DNA from: Chiloscyllium plagiosum
Taxonomy: Eukaryota
DNA length: 63,449 nucleotides
Assembly (NCBI RefSeq): GCF_004010195.1
Contig: NC_057727.1
Location: 7,735,416 to 7,798,864 of the forward strand
Reading direction: 5' to 3'
The position numbers and the translations under genes are program-made. Under the pieces are notes generated by a model, which saw nothing but the letters and a program-made list of their open reading frames with translations, was not told the origin of the DNA and made no database searches. Below are positions 63,328 to 63,449 of the stretch, one piece after another (the first letter of the stretch is position 1; each line of letters opens with the position of its first letter).

Positions 63328-63449
63328 GGCGCCAAAACCCTGGCGCCCTCCTTCTCAAACCACCCCCCCAAAATCCTGGCCCTCCTTCTCAAACCATCCC
63401 CCCCACCCTCCCCAAAACCCTGGCCCTCCTTCTCCCACCGCCCCCCCAA
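63328..63449. repeat. C-rich imperfect tandem repeat (CCAAAACCCTGGCCCTCCTTCTC units)
   Basis: Three related units at the window end. Confidence 0.7.

Noticed and set aside
1-63449. CRISPR arrays, operons or other prokaryotic systems
   Set aside because: No repeat-spacer arrays. The sequence is intron-rich vertebrate DNA.

Overview
Eukaryotic vertebrate DNA, almost certainly from a cartilaginous fish, judged from shark-type HE1/V-SINEs, abundant CR1 LINEs and Penelope-like elements. Three spliced genes can be built by hand. (1) The 5' part of WDR6 (minus strand, exons 1-3, running off the left edge). (2) P4HTM (minus strand, exons 2-5). Exon 1 lies beyond the right edge, and exons 6-9 were not found and probably fall in a 500-N assembly gap. 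(3) A complete 4-exon, 300-aa Crescent (frzb2-type sFRP) gene on the plus strand, nested antisense inside the 29.5-kb intron 2 of P4HTM. Most of the rest is transposon-derived. The strongest unannotated signal is a set of short Penelope-derived insertions that begin at a minimal hammerhead-ribozyme motif and carry 9-18 bp target-site duplications (TSDs). They occur as solo units, as fold-back palindromes, and in one case as two inverted arms enclosing a 204-bp inverted copy of neighbouring genomic DNA. Also present are a GC-rich insert inside a CR1 that resembles an rDNA spacer, and two unexplained inverted duplications. Family assignments rest on remembered sequence similarity, with no database search. 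Repeat boundaries are approximate.
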